Assembly: GCA_963668025.2 (NCBI GenBank)
Contig: CAXXTH010000017.1
Span: 640,001 to 704,000 of the forward strand
Reading direction: 5' to 3'
Origin: Candidatus Hydrogenedentota bacterium
GTDB lineage: Bacteria; Hydrogenedentota; Hydrogenedentia; Hydrogenedentales; SLHB01
Length of the DNA: 64,000 nt
Below are positions 38,620 to 49,200 of the stretch, in pieces; the first letter of the stretch is position 1; each line of letters begins with the position of its first letter. The notes below the pieces were generated by a model that was not told where the DNA came from, did no database searches, and saw only the letters and a program-made list of their open reading frames with translations. Both the position numbers and the translations under genes were made by a program.

Positions 38620-41457
38620 ATGAAATTCAGCGACCGTATCGTTGAAGCGTCTGTAGACAGGCCCGTGCTAGTGACTGCGGGCATGGTGCTGCTCACACTG
38701 GCGCTGGCGCTGCTGGCGGCATTGCCATCGCTGGCCCCCCAGACATTTTCGATGCTGTATCCGCTCAAGGTCGATACGGACCCGGAGAACATGCTCAGCA
38801 AGAGCGAACCGGTGCGGATTTTCCACGAACAGATGCGCGAAGCGTTGAGCCTGTACGACATGGTGGTGCTGGGCGTCGTCAACGAGAAGGATCCGAACGG
38901 CGTGTTCACGCCGGCATCGCTGGGGCGCATTTATGAGCTGGCCCAATATGCCAAGACTTTGCGGGGCGAGGCGCTGGGCGTGAAAGATCCCGATGCGGGC
39001 GTCATAGAAGTGGATGTGATCGCCCCTTCGACCGTGGACAATATCGAGCAGGGCGGGCCGGGGGAAGTGAAATTCGAGTGGCTGATGCCACAGCCTCCAA
39101 AAACCGAGGAAGAGGCCGTGGCCGTGCGGACGAAAGCGCAGCGAGTCCCGTTTCTCGATGGCACACTGGTCTCGGAAGACGGCAAAGCCCTTTGCCTGTA
39201 TCTGCCGCTCACCTCCAAGGACCTTAGTTACAAGGTCTACCGGAAGCTGAACGCGAAGATTGACGAGATCAAGGCGCGGAACACCGTTCTTGGCGATGAG
39301 GAGCAATACTATATCACCGGCCTGCCGGTGGCGGAGGATACGTTCGGGGTCGAGATGTTCATCCAGATGGCGATCTCGGCCCCCACTGCCATGCTGGTTA
39401 TTTTTTTGCTGATGCTATATTTCTTCCGCAAGCTGGCGCTGATCATCGCGCCAATGATTTTGGCGGTGGTATCGTGCATTATCACGATGGGACTGCTGAT
39501 CGCCACGGGCAACACGATCCATATCATGAGTTCGATGATCCCGATTTTTATCATGCCCATCGCGGTGCTGGACTCGATCCATATCTTGTCGGAGTTTTTC
39601 GACCACTATCAGCGAACACGCGACCGGCGCAAGACCATCATCGAGGTCATGCGATCATTATATACGCCCATGCTGTACACCTCGCTGACTTCGATGGCGG
39701 GCTTCGCATCGCTGGCGCTGACACCCATTCCGCCGGTGCAGGTGTTTGGCCTCTATGTGGCCTTCGGCATCATGATCGCCTGGGTTTTCACCGTGACCTT
39801 CATCCCGGCGTACGTCATGTTCATCCCAGAGCGGCGGCTGCAAAACTTCGGCACCGCCCACGTGGAAGGCGAAGACACCCATGCCAAGACCTTCGTGGGG
39901 CGGCTCCTGCATGGAGCGGGGGAATTCACCTATAACCATGCCAAACTTATTATTGGCGCGAGCGCCGTGATCGCGGCCGTAGCCATCTATGGCATCAGCT
40001 TGATCCATGTCAACGACAATCCGACGAAATGGTTCCGCGCCTCGCATCCCATCCGCGTGGCTGACCGGGTATTGAACGCCCACTTCGGCGGCACATATAT
40101 GGCGTATCTGGCGCTGTTTCCTCAAGGGGAATCCGTGGAGGACATTTTAGCGAATCCGCAAAAGCCTATGGCGGATACCAAAACCACACCCGCAAAGGCG
40201 GAGCCTTCCGTGCCGCAATTGCCGGGCGGCTTAGGCGGCGCATCGGAAATGCCCGCTTTGCCGGGCGGACTCGGAGGCGCGCAGGAAAGCGCCGCACCCA
40301 CGCCTGCACCCTCGGCCACACCCGCAAAGGCGGAAATATTTAAAAATCCAGAAGTGCTCCGGTATATGAACGAGCTCCAACAGTCCATGCTGGATTCGGG
40401 GATGGTGGGCAAATCGAATTCGCTGGCGGATATCGTGAAAACGGTCCACCGGGAATTGATCGACGGCAAACCGGAATCATTCCGCGTGCCGGAGACCTCG
40501 AGCGGCGTGGCGCAATGCCTGCTGCAATATCAAAGCAGCCATCGCCCCAACGACTTGTGGCACTTCACCACGCCCGATTACCGCGTCTCGAGCATTTGGG
40601 TGCAACTCCAAAGCGGAGATAACCTGGATATGCAAAAAGTCGTGGCAGTGGTGGCAGATTATATGAAAGCGCATCCGCCTGTCTTCACCATTGATGGCCA
40701 GCAAGTAGCGCTGCGCGGTGAATGGTTCGGCTCGACTTATATCAATGTCATTTGGCAGGAGAAAATGGTCAAGGGCATGCTCACTACGTTCCTGGGCAGT
40801 TTCCTGGTCGTGCTGCTCATGATGATCATCCTGTTCCGGTCGGGCCTATGGGGGATCCTGTCCATGATACCGCTCACGATCACGATCGGGTTGATCTACA
40901 GCGTCATCGGCTTCATTGGAAAAGACTATGATATGCCGGTGGCCGTGCTGTCGTCGCTGACGCTCGGGCTTGCGGTGGATTTCGCCATTCACTTTCTTGT
41001 GCGGGCGCGCGCCCTCTACGCCGAACATGGAAGCTGGGAAGCCACGCACGCCCACGCCTTCGGCGAACCGGCCCGGGCCATCACGCGCAACATCATTGTG
41101 ATCGCCGTAGGATTCCTGCCGCTGCTCCTGGCGCCGCTGGTGCCGTATAACACCGTGGGAATTTTTCTTGCGGCGATTTTGTCGGTCTCGGGTGTAGGCA
41201 CGTTGTTGCTGTTGCCCGCCTTGGTGCGCGTATTCGAGCCCTTGCTGTTCCCGAAGAGCCGTGTAGCGGGAATCACGTGCCGCTGCGGCACATGCATGCT
41301 TACGGCGGTAGTCGCGGTGGGGACGGTTTGGGTCAACGTGGTGCAGTTTTTAACAAAAGGCGTGACCACGTTTACGATAGCCTCGATCATCGCTGTCCCC
41401 GTGCTGTTGCTGGTTTGTTTCGTGGCGGGACGCCGTTCGAGCTGCAAGACGCCATGA
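38620..41457 (+). CDS. MMPL/RND-family membrane transporter
   Basis: Two repeats of TM bundle + periplasmic domain, IAVLDSIH, TSLTSMAGF, LGLAVDFAIH. Confidence 0.9.
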   Translation: MKFSDRIVEASVDRPVLVTAGMVLLTLALALLAALPSLAPQTFSMLYPLKVDTDPENMLSKSEPVRIFHEQMREALSLYDMVVLGVVNEKDPNGVFTPASLGRIYELAQYAKTLRGEALGVKDPDAGVIEVDVIAPSTVDNIEQGGPGEVKFEWLMPQPPKTEEEAVAVRTKAQRVPFLDGTLVSEDGKALCLYLPLTSKDLSYKVYRKLNAKIDEIKARNTVLGDEEQYYITGLPVAEDTFGVEMFIQMAISAPTAMLVIFLLMLYFFRKLALIIAPMILAVVSCIITMGLLIATGNTIHIMSSMIPIFIMPIAVLDSIHILSEFFDHYQRTRDRRKTIIEVMRSLYTPMLYTSLTSMAGFASLALTPIPPVQVFGLYVAFGIMIAWVFTVTFIPAYVMFIPERRLQNFGTAHVEGEDTHAKTFVGRLLHGAGEFTYNHAKLIIGASAVIAAVAIYGISLIHVNDNPTKWFRASHPIRVADRVLNAHFGGTYMAYLALFPQGESVEDILANPQKPMADTKTTPAKAEPSVPQLPGGLGGASEMPALPGGLGGAQESAAPTPAPSATPAKAEIFKNPEVLRYMNELQQSMLDSGMVGKSNSLADIVKTVHRELIDGKPESFRVPETSSGVAQCLLQYQSSHRPNDLWHFTTPDYRVSSIWVQLQSGDNLDMQKVVAVVADYMKAHPPVFTIDGQQVALRGEWFGSTYINVIWQEKMVKGMLTTFLGSFLVVLLMMIILFRSGLWGILSMIPLTITIGLIYSVIGFIGKDYDMPVAVLSSLTLGLAVDFAIHFLVRARALYAEHGSWEATHAHAFGEPARAITRNIIVIAVGFLPLLLAPLVPYNTVGIFLAAILSVSGVGTLLLLPALVRVFEPLLFPKSRVAGITCRCGTCMLTAVVAVGTVWVNVVQFLTKGVTTFTIASIIAVPVLLLVCFVAGRRSSCKTP

Positions 41458-41504
41458 CATGGATTTTTGAATCACGTAATACATAGCGCGACATGGCCGC
41501 AACC

Positions 41505-41580
41505 AAAGATCTGGATTTGAGACCACTAAATACACCAAACACACGAAGATTTGTAGGGAGGGGCTTGCCCCACCGCTCAA
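41505..41580. repeat. Dispersed ~76-bp repeat ending in a GTAG-type REP-like palindrome (copy 1)
   Basis: Aligns by eye with 55114-55191. Ends in GTAGGGAGGGGCTTGCCCCACC. Confidence 0.7.
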
Positions 41581-41614
41581 GGCTAATACGGTAAGTAACC
41601 AAAGGAGCCAAATC

Positions 41615-42415
41615 ATGAGGCATCTTAACTGGATCACGTGTTCAGCGGTCTTCGCCCTGCTGGGAATCACCGCCGCGGCGCAGGACGCGCCATCAGTGGA
41701 TGAGATCGTCAAGAAGACCAACCATATGGCGTATTACCAAGGCGCGGATGGCCGGGCGCAGGTGAAAATGACCATCACGGACTCGCAAGCCCGGACCCGC
41801 GAGAAGGCCTTCACTATCTTGCGCAAAAACATGGACGACAAGGAAGAAGCGCAGGATTTCTATGTGTATTTCACCGAACCGTCGGACGAACGCGGTACGG
41901 TCTTCATGGTGCATAAGTTCATGGACAAGGATGACGACCGCTGGCTGTATCTGCCCGCCCTTGATGTGGTGAAGCGCATCGCCGCTTCGGACAAGCGCAC
42001 CAGCTTCGCGGGGTCCACATTCTTTTACGAGGACGTGACGGGCCGAAACATCAACGCGGACACCCATGAACTCTTGCAGACCACGGACGTGTATTACGTC
42101 TTGAAAAACACCCCGAAAGATCCCATCACGGTGGAGTTCGACTCGTACACCATGTATATTCACAAGGAGACCTTTATACCGGTGCAGATCACGTTCGAGA
42201 AAGGCGGCGAGATTTACCGCACGGCCACGACGCTGGACGTGAAGGATATCCAGGGTCATAAAACGGTCGTTAAAGGTAAAATGGAAGACAAGAAGATGGG
42301 CACGACGACCGTGCTCGAATACCCGAGCGTCGAGTACGATGTAAACTTGCCCGCGGATATCTATACGGAACGGTATCTGCGCAACGCGCCGGTGGATCAA
42401 CTGAATCTGAAGTAG
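41615..42415 (+). CDS. LolA-like outer-membrane lipoprotein-sorting protein
   Basis: Signal peptide, F.EP.D.RGT.F, DDDRWLYLPAL..VKRIA..DKR.SF.GS.F.YED. Typical partner of MMPL genes. Confidence 0.88.
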   Translation: MRHLNWITCSAVFALLGITAAAQDAPSVDEIVKKTNHMAYYQGADGRAQVKMTITDSQARTREKAFTILRKNMDDKEEAQDFYVYFTEPSDERGTVFMVHKFMDKDDDRWLYLPALDVVKRIAASDKRTSFAGSTFFYEDVTGRNINADTHELLQTTDVYYVLKNTPKDPITVEFDSYTMYIHKETFIPVQITFEKGGEIYRTATTLDVKDIQGHKTVVKGKMEDKKMGTTTVLEYPSVEYDVNLPADIYTERYLRNAPVDQLNLK

Positions 42416-42451
42416 GACGTTATGTCCCGCTGGACATAACAGGAGACGGAC

Positions 42452-43747
42452 ATGCTGAATCATCTGGAATTGAAGCATGTTGGCCCCGCGACGGAAATGA
42501 CGATTGACTTCGCGCCAAGGCTTAACATCCTTACCGGAGACAACGGCCTCGGCAAGACGTTTGTTTTGGATGTCGCCTGGTGGGCGCTCACCGGTTGTTG
42601 GGCCACGCAGCCCGCGTGGCCCCAACCGGGCAAGGCCCGAGAAGCTGAAATCTCTTACGATTTTCAAACGCTGCCGGAAGCCAAGTGTCACGGCACAAGT
42701 CATTATGATATCAAGTATGAGGACTGGCGAGAGATTGGCAAAGGACCGGATAAACATGGCCTTGCGCTCTATATTCGTGCGGATGGCGGTTTCTCTGTTT
42801 GGGATCCAGCGCGGGATCGTGGGAGAGGAACGCCTTTATCCACGTACGATAGTGAGGAATTCCCCGCCACATATGATTTTACTGCGCGGGAAGTATGGGA
42901 TGGGTTGCCCGGTCCAAAAGGAATACCTGTTTGTAATGGGCTCATACGCGACTGGGTTTCATGGCAAGATAGAGATGATATCGAATTTGAAAAACTCCGC
43001 GAAGTACTTCACGTCCTTTCCTCAATTAAAGAAGAGAACCCTGAACCCGGTGAAGAGAACCTAGAACCCGGTAAGCACACACGCGTTTATGTGAACGACG
43101 CCCGAGATCATCCCACCATCAAGCTGCCATACGGCGAAATCCCTGTGGTATTCGCTTCGGCTGGCATGAAGCGCATTCTGGCGCTCGCATACCTCATTGT
43201 ATGGGCGCAAAGGGAGCATGTTAGCGCGTCCAAGCTACTAGGCGATGCCCCTGCGGAAAATGTCACCATACTGATTGATGAGGTGGAGGCGCATCTCCAT
43301 CCACAATGGCAGCGAATGATCCTGCCTGCCTTACTGAGCACCTTTACTGGCATGAAGCATCAGATCATCGCCAGCACACATGCGCCTTTGGTGATGGCTT
43401 CCGCCGAGCCCATTTTCCAAGAAAATAACGACAAGGTATTGAGCTTCGACGTTGAAGAAAATGAAGTGCGCGTGAAGGAGGTGGGGTGGAGGAGGCGTGG
43501 CGACGCCACCGCATGGCTAACGAGCGAAGTCTTTGGGCTTGAATACGCTCGTTCGCGTAAAGCAGAAGAGGTCATGGAAGAAGCATTCCAAATCATGAAG
43601 AGCGACGTGATAGATGTGGTGAAGGCGCGGCAAGTTCATGAAAAGCTATCAAATCTGCTGAGCGACATCGATCCTTTCTGGATTCGCTGGCGGTATGTGG
43701 GGGAAAAGAAGGGGTGGCTGCATGATACCGGTACATCCGAAGCCTGA
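42452..43747 (+). CDS. AAA/ABC-type ATPase (PtuA-like)
   Basis: Walker A GDNGLGKT, SAG signature, Walker B LIDEVEAHLHPQWQR, STHAP. Confidence 0.85.
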   Translation: MLNHLELKHVGPATEMTIDFAPRLNILTGDNGLGKTFVLDVAWWALTGCWATQPAWPQPGKAREAEISYDFQTLPEAKCHGTSHYDIKYEDWREIGKGPDKHGLALYIRADGGFSVWDPARDRGRGTPLSTYDSEEFPATYDFTAREVWDGLPGPKGIPVCNGLIRDWVSWQDRDDIEFEKLREVLHVLSSIKEENPEPGEENLEPGKHTRVYVNDARDHPTIKLPYGEIPVVFASAGMKRILALAYLIVWAQREHVSASKLLGDAPAENVTILIDEVEAHLHPQWQRMILPALLSTFTGMKHQIIASTHAPLVMASAEPIFQENNDKVLSFDVEENEVRVKEVGWRRRGDATAWLTSEVFGLEYARSRKAEEVMEEAFQIMKSDVIDVVKARQVHEKLSNLLSDIDPFWIRWRYVGEKKGWLHDTGTSEA

Positions 43748-44384
43748 ACCGGCGGATTTTGATGCAAAGGTGCGCCAAAAGGGCTTGGCGTGGCTCAACA
43801 AGAATGGATTTCTTGTTTCTGGACCCATTCCCGCTGGCACCAAATTGCCTTCATATTGGAGAGACTGCCTAAAAGAGCTGCATGCCGCTTATAATGGCAT
43901 TTGCGCGTATGTCTGTATCTATATCGAGCCCGTTACTGGCTCTAGAACCGTCGAGCATTTCGTAGCAAAATCTAAAGACATTGGCCTTGCATATGAATGG
44001 AGCAATTACAGACTCGCATGCGGCAAGATGAACAGCCGCAAATGTGACTTCGACGATGTTCTAGATCCTTTCCTTATTCAAGATAAGATTCAAGATAAGA
44101 CTTTCTTTCTTGATTTGGTGACGGGAGGGATCTTCTCCAATCCGGCATTGGAAGCGGAAACCAAGCAAAAGGCAGATGACACCATTAAGCGTTTGGGGCT
44201 TGATGATCCCGAATGCCGTCAAGTGAGATCCGCTTACTTCGACGATTATATCAATGGCCAAATAACCAGTGATTACCTGCGACGAAAAAATCCTTTTGTA
44301 TGGATAGAAGCATTCAGGCAGAATCTACTCAAACCGGAAGATCTAGCATATGACTACTTCGACGCTTTACAGAATATCAAGTAG
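43722..44384 (+). CDS. HNH endonuclease (PtuB-like)
   Basis: MIPV..KPEP..F start, CAY.C, VEHFVAKS...LAYEWSNYRLAC..MN.RK. Overlaps the ATPase stop. Confidence 0.82.
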   Translation: MIPVHPKPEPADFDAKVRQKGLAWLNKNGFLVSGPIPAGTKLPSYWRDCLKELHAAYNGICAYVCIYIEPVTGSRTVEHFVAKSKDIGLAYEWSNYRLACGKMNSRKCDFDDVLDPFLIQDKIQDKTFFLDLVTGGIFSNPALEAETKQKADDTIKRLGLDDPECRQVRSAYFDDYINGQITSDYLRRKNPFVWIEAFRQNLLKPEDLAYDYFDALQNIK

Positions 44385-45852
44385 CGTGATTAGTCTGTGT
44401 CTCCTACTCTTCTGCTCAACGCAGGCGGGGTTCGCAGAAGACGCGCCGCCCTTGCCGCCGGGACTCGGCGGTGGCGCGTCGGATGCCGGTCCGGCGTTGC
44501 CTGCGGGACTGGGCGATAGCGCCTCCTCGACGACACCGTCGCTCCCACCGGGCCTAGGCGGAGGCGAGACCAACGGACCTGCGTTGCCGCCTGGACTTGG
44601 CGCTGAAAGCGCCGATTCGGCGAAAGAAGCGCAAACAGCGGGACCGCAAACACTGTTCGAGCGGCTGAGGCTGCATGGATTCTGGGAGGCGCGCGGGGGC
44701 GTCCGCACGCAGGAAGACGCCGCGCAACCCGCTGACGCCATCATCGGTGAAACGCGTTTGCAGTTAAAGTCTCGCTATGATTTCGAGGCCCATGCCAACG
44801 CGCGCATCGAAGCCACCGCGGACCTGTATCTCGACGGCGTCCTCGAGGACCCCGAGGCGGACTTGCGGATGCTGCGGCTCACATGGCCCGTGTCGGACAC
44901 CGTGGACGTGCGCATCGGACGGCAAGTGCTCACGTGGGGTACGGGCGACATGCTGTTCATCAACGATTTGTTCCCGAAGGACTGGCCGTCGTTTTTCATG
45001 GGGCGCGACGCCGAATATCTCAAAGCGCCTTCGGATACGGTGCGCATCGGCTGGTATCCGGGGCCTGTAAATATCGAGTTTGTCTACACGCCGCAGTTCA
45101 CGCCGGACCGTTTCATCACGGGCGAACGGATTAGCTACTGGAATCCGCTCCTCGGGCGGCATGGCGGCCAGCACGAGCAGGTGGATTACAACGCCCCGAG
45201 CACGTGGTTCGAGGACGATGAATTCGCCCTGCGGATTTATAAGAACATCGGGGGCTATGAATTCGCGGTCTACGGATACTCTGGTTACTGGAAAAGCCCC
45301 GGCGGGCAGCGGTTGATTCCGCTCATGCAGGCGTCGTTCCCGAAATTGAACGTCTATGGGGCCAGCGTGCGCGGCACGGTGGGGCGGGGCATTGGCAACA
45401 TCGAGGTGGGTTATTACGATTCTAGGCAAGACCGCCCGGGCGGCAATCCGCTTATCAACAACAGCGAATTCCGCCTGCTGGCAGGATATGAACAGGAACT
45501 AGCGAAGGAATTCACCGGCGCGTTCCAATATTATCTGGAACATATGATGGACTATGGCGAGTACGAGCGCGCCCGGTTCTTCTTCGAGCCGAAACGCCAT
45601 CAAAACCGCCAGGTGCTCACGGTCCGTTTGACGAAGCTGCTCATGAACCAAAATCTGACGCTGTCACTATTCATGTATTACAGCCCCACAGATGGCGACG
45701 CGTATTTGCGCCCGCTCACTCAATACAAGATGAACGATCATTGGACCTTCGAGCTGGGCGGGAATGTGTTTGTGGGCAGGTTGGATACGTCCTTCTTCGG
45801 CCAATTCGAGGACAACACGAATGTGTATGCCTCGGCGCGGTATTCCTTTTGA
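44350..45852 (+). CDS. Outer-membrane beta-barrel protein with Pro/Gly-rich N-terminal repeats
   Basis: Signal peptide, four PxLPxGLG repeats, RIGRQVLTWGTGD, C-terminal ARYSF barrel signature. Confidence 0.8.
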   Translation: MTTSTLYRISSSVISLCLLLFCSTQAGFAEDAPPLPPGLGGGASDAGPALPAGLGDSASSTTPSLPPGLGGGETNGPALPPGLGAESADSAKEAQTAGPQTLFERLRLHGFWEARGGVRTQEDAAQPADAIIGETRLQLKSRYDFEAHANARIEATADLYLDGVLEDPEADLRMLRLTWPVSDTVDVRIGRQVLTWGTGDMLFINDLFPKDWPSFFMGRDAEYLKAPSDTVRIGWYPGPVNIEFVYTPQFTPDRFITGERISYWNPLLGRHGGQHEQVDYNAPSTWFEDDEFALRIYKNIGGYEFAVYGYSGYWKSPGGQRLIPLMQASFPKLNVYGASVRGTVGRGIGNIEVGYYDSRQDRPGGNPLINNSEFRLLAGYEQELAKEFTGAFQYYLEHMMDYGEYERARFFFEPKRHQNRQVLTVRLTKLLMNQNLTLSLFMYYSPTDGDAYLRPLTQYKMNDHWTFELGGNVFVGRLDTSFFGQFEDNTNVYASARYSF

Positions 45853-45860
45853 AAAAACAT

Positions 45861-45896
45861 ATCCGGGGAGCCGATAAATCAGTAAGCTCCCCGGAT
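45861..45896. terminator. Terminator hairpin between the OMP gene and the small peptide gene
   Basis: ATCCGGGGAGC-N14-GCTCCCCGGAT. The A-run at 45852-45857 gives a minus-strand U-tract. Confidence 0.75.
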
Positions 45897-45940
45897 TTGG
45901 CGGCGCAGTTGCGCCGAAGGGCCTGTATTCCCCACGCGAT

Positions 45941-46054
45941 TTATACGCTGGCTTTTAATTTGTTAACGTCTTCGGTGGAATAAAGGTATTTGCCGGAATC
46001 ACATTCGGCTTTAGATGGGATGGAAGTGACACTCATGGGACGGACATGCTTCAT
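45941..46054 (-). CDS. Unannotated 37-aa peptide MKHVRPMSVTSIPSKAECDSGKYLYSTEDVNKLKASV
   Basis: Below the ORF-track cutoff. Strong RBS AGAGGAGA 8 nt upstream, TTGACA at 46141-46146, terminator downstream. Confidence 0.65.
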   Translation of the reverse strand: MKHVRPMSVTSIPSKAECDSGKYLYSTEDVNKLKASV

Positions 46055-46204
46055 TAGATAATTCTCCTCTTTTTCAGATGCAGCGGCAACTACACAAAAA
46101 ACATTGCCCCAAACAAATTGTGCGCCATAAGAAGGCGGCTTGTCAAGAAGTAAATAATTTACTTCAACATATATGTCTCAAATACATATGGAACGGTGTG
46201 GCTG

Positions 46205-49200
46205 TTATGGCTGTTTCTCCGCTTCATGCAAACATTCATTCAGCCGCTGGGTGAGCACCTCGACATAGGGGGAGGCGAAAATCGCGGCATGGTTGCCGGG
46301 GATGGATATTTGGGTGACGCCGCCGTGTGCATAGTCGCGCCATCCGCAGGCCGTAGCTTCCATTATAGCCGCATAAGCGGGTTCGGGGGCCGTGTGCATC
46401 AGCGTGATGGAGCCGCCGTAAGGCTTTGGCTGGTAGGCGTTGTACTCGCGGGTGTTGGCCCGAAGAGTCGAGAAAACTTGGCGCGTCTCGGGTATGTCTA
46501 TCATCGACAGGCGCTCACTATTGGAGAGCGTGTCGGCCACATTCGCTTTGCGGCGCAGAATGCGGTATACGCCATCGAGCAAGGCCCAATTCAGAAAATC
46601 CCAGAATGCCATGCGATTGCCTTGGCCTTGCATACGCTTCTGTAGCACCTGTAGCATCATGTAAATCCCGTCGCGGATGTACGGTATGGAGTCGCGCGTG
46701 TAGGCGGCGGTGACGTGTAGTATGCGCCAGATTCGCCCGAGGCGTCCCAGTATGCCTCGAGGAGGCTGCATGATGTCATGCTTCAACACGGCATCAAACA
46801 GGATGAGGCTGTCCACGCGCTCGCCTTCGGCTTCGAGCTGGCGCGCCATTTCGAATGCCACGACGCCGCCATAAGACCAGCCCCCGAGAAAATACGGCCC
46901 GTGCGGCTGCACACGCCGCATCGCGGCGATGTAGTGCGTGGCCAGTTCCTCGATGCTGGATATGGATACGGGCTGGCTGCCCACGCGCGGATCTTGCAGG
47001 GCGTAGAAGGGCCTGCCCGGCTCGATATGCAAGGCCATGCCATAATAAGGAAACGCAACGCCAGTGGCGGGAGCGGCGCAGAAAAATGGGCGCTTGCCGC
47101 CTTCGGCGCGCAGGGGGACCAGCACCCCGCCTTCGACCACGGGAGCAGAATCAGGCGCATCCGGGCCGCCCGACAGTGACGCGGCGAGGCCTTCGACCGT
47201 GGGAGTCGAGAACAGCGCCTGGATGGATACTTCCATCCCCGTGGCTTCCTTGAGGCGGGACAGCAACTGTATGGCGGTGAGGGAATGCCCGCCTAACTCG
47301 AAATAATTATCATGCACGCCCACGCGCTCGACACCGAGGACTTCTTGCCATACACGCGCGATGGTTTCTTCCTCGGGCGTTCGCGGGGCCACATAGGCGC
47401 GCGTGGCGGCCAGAGGCTCATCGAGTTCGGGCAGCGCCCGCCGGTCCACTTTGCCGTTGGGCGTGAGGGGGATGCGTTCGATGGCCATGTAGCGGGCCGG
47501 AACCATGTGGTCCGGCAGGGCCGCGCGGAGATGGGCCGCCAAGTCTTGCGGCGCGGGCGCGCACCCTTCCGGTGCATAATAAGCGACAAGCTGTTTGCCG
47601 CCGCGCCCGTCGTCGCGTGCGTCCACCACGGCCTCGCGCACTTGCGGGTGGCTGGCCAGCACGGCCTCGATTTCACCTAGTTCGATGCGGTAGCCGCGCA
47701 CTTTTACTTGCGTGTCGATGCGGCCCAGGAACTCGATTTGGCCGTCGCTCCGGTATCGGACCAAGTCGCCCGTGCGGTACATGCGCGCGCCGGGCGTGTT
47801 CGAGAAGAGATCTGGCACAAAGGCTTTCGCGGTCAAGTCCGGGCGGTTCAAATAACCGCGCGCAAGGCCATATCCGGTGATGTGGAGTTCGCCCGGCACG
47901 CCGATGGGCGTGGGGCGGCCATGCGTATCGAGAATGTAGACGCGCACGTTGGACATGGGGCGTCCGATACTGGGTGCGCCATCGATGCCCGGTTCGAGAA
48001 TGCTGCCTGTCGCCATGACCGTATTTTCCGTGGGGCCATATAAATTCGCGAATTGGGATGGAAACGATTTGGGCGGATAGCGGTGGAGCGTGTCGCCGCC
48101 AGTATAGATAAACCGCATCGAAACCGAAGTGGGCCATTCCAGGCCGAGTATGCCTTCCGCGATGGAGGTCGGCAAGAAGCAACCTGTTAGCCGTTCCGAC
48201 AGGATCCAATCGCGCACGGCTTCATATGACGATAAGGAATTCAGATCCTGGACGTGCAGGCTGCCGCCCGCCGTGAGGGCCCACCACGTTTCATACGTTG
48301 CCGCATCGAATGCGGGGCCGGAGACGCAGGTCGAGCGGTCTTCAGGCGTACAGGCGAATGTCTCATGGTGCCACTGCAACAGATGCCGGAGCGGGCCGTG
48401 GTTAATCTCGACTCCCTTGGGCTGGCCCGTCGAGCCGCTGGTGTAAATGACATACGAGCGGTCCTCGGGGCCTATCGGAATATTCAGCTCCGAATCCGGC
48501 TCTTGGGCGAAGGCCGTCCATTCGGGGTCCACGGAGAACATGCGTACGCCGCTTCCCTCGAACTGGGCGGCGCATTCCGGCCCGGCCAGGAGCGCACGTG
48601 CGGCGGAATCCTCGAGCATAAAGGCGATACGGCTAGGGGGATAGGCGGGGTCGATGGCCACATAGGCCGCTCCGGCTTTCCATACCCCCAGCCACGCCAC
48701 AGGCAATTCCGGGCAGCGTTTCATACACACCGCCACGAGATCGCCGGGTTGCACGCCATGGCGGCGCAGCGTATGGGCGATCTGGTTCGCGCGGGCGTTC
48801 AGTTCGCCATAGGTGAGGCGGCGTCCGCGCCCTTCGATGGCCAGCGCCTCGGGGCGGGCCATGGCGTTGTCGCGCACCCAATCGGGCGGGCATGGCGCAT
48901 CAGGATATGTACGCTCCGTGGCGTTCCATTCGACCAGCACGCGGTGGCGTTCCGCTTCGGACAGCGTGGCAATGGTTCCCAAAGGCGCGTCTTCATTTGC
49001 GGCGATGTGTTCGAGCGCCGTGCGCCATTGTCCAAGAACGCGCTCCACTTCCGCTTCGCTGAAATAGCGGCGGTCGTATACCAGCCGGAGCAGAAGGGTT
49101 TGCCCGACGGCCACGGCGGTGAGGGGATAATTGGTGCGTTCATACATGCCGTGTTCGAGGAGCCGCAGATCGCCCATGCCATCTCGGAGGGAATCATCCA

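Noticed and set aside
42452-44384. Retron (Ec78-type) system
   Set aside because: No reverse transcriptase gene and no room for an msr-msd next to the ATPase-HNH pair.
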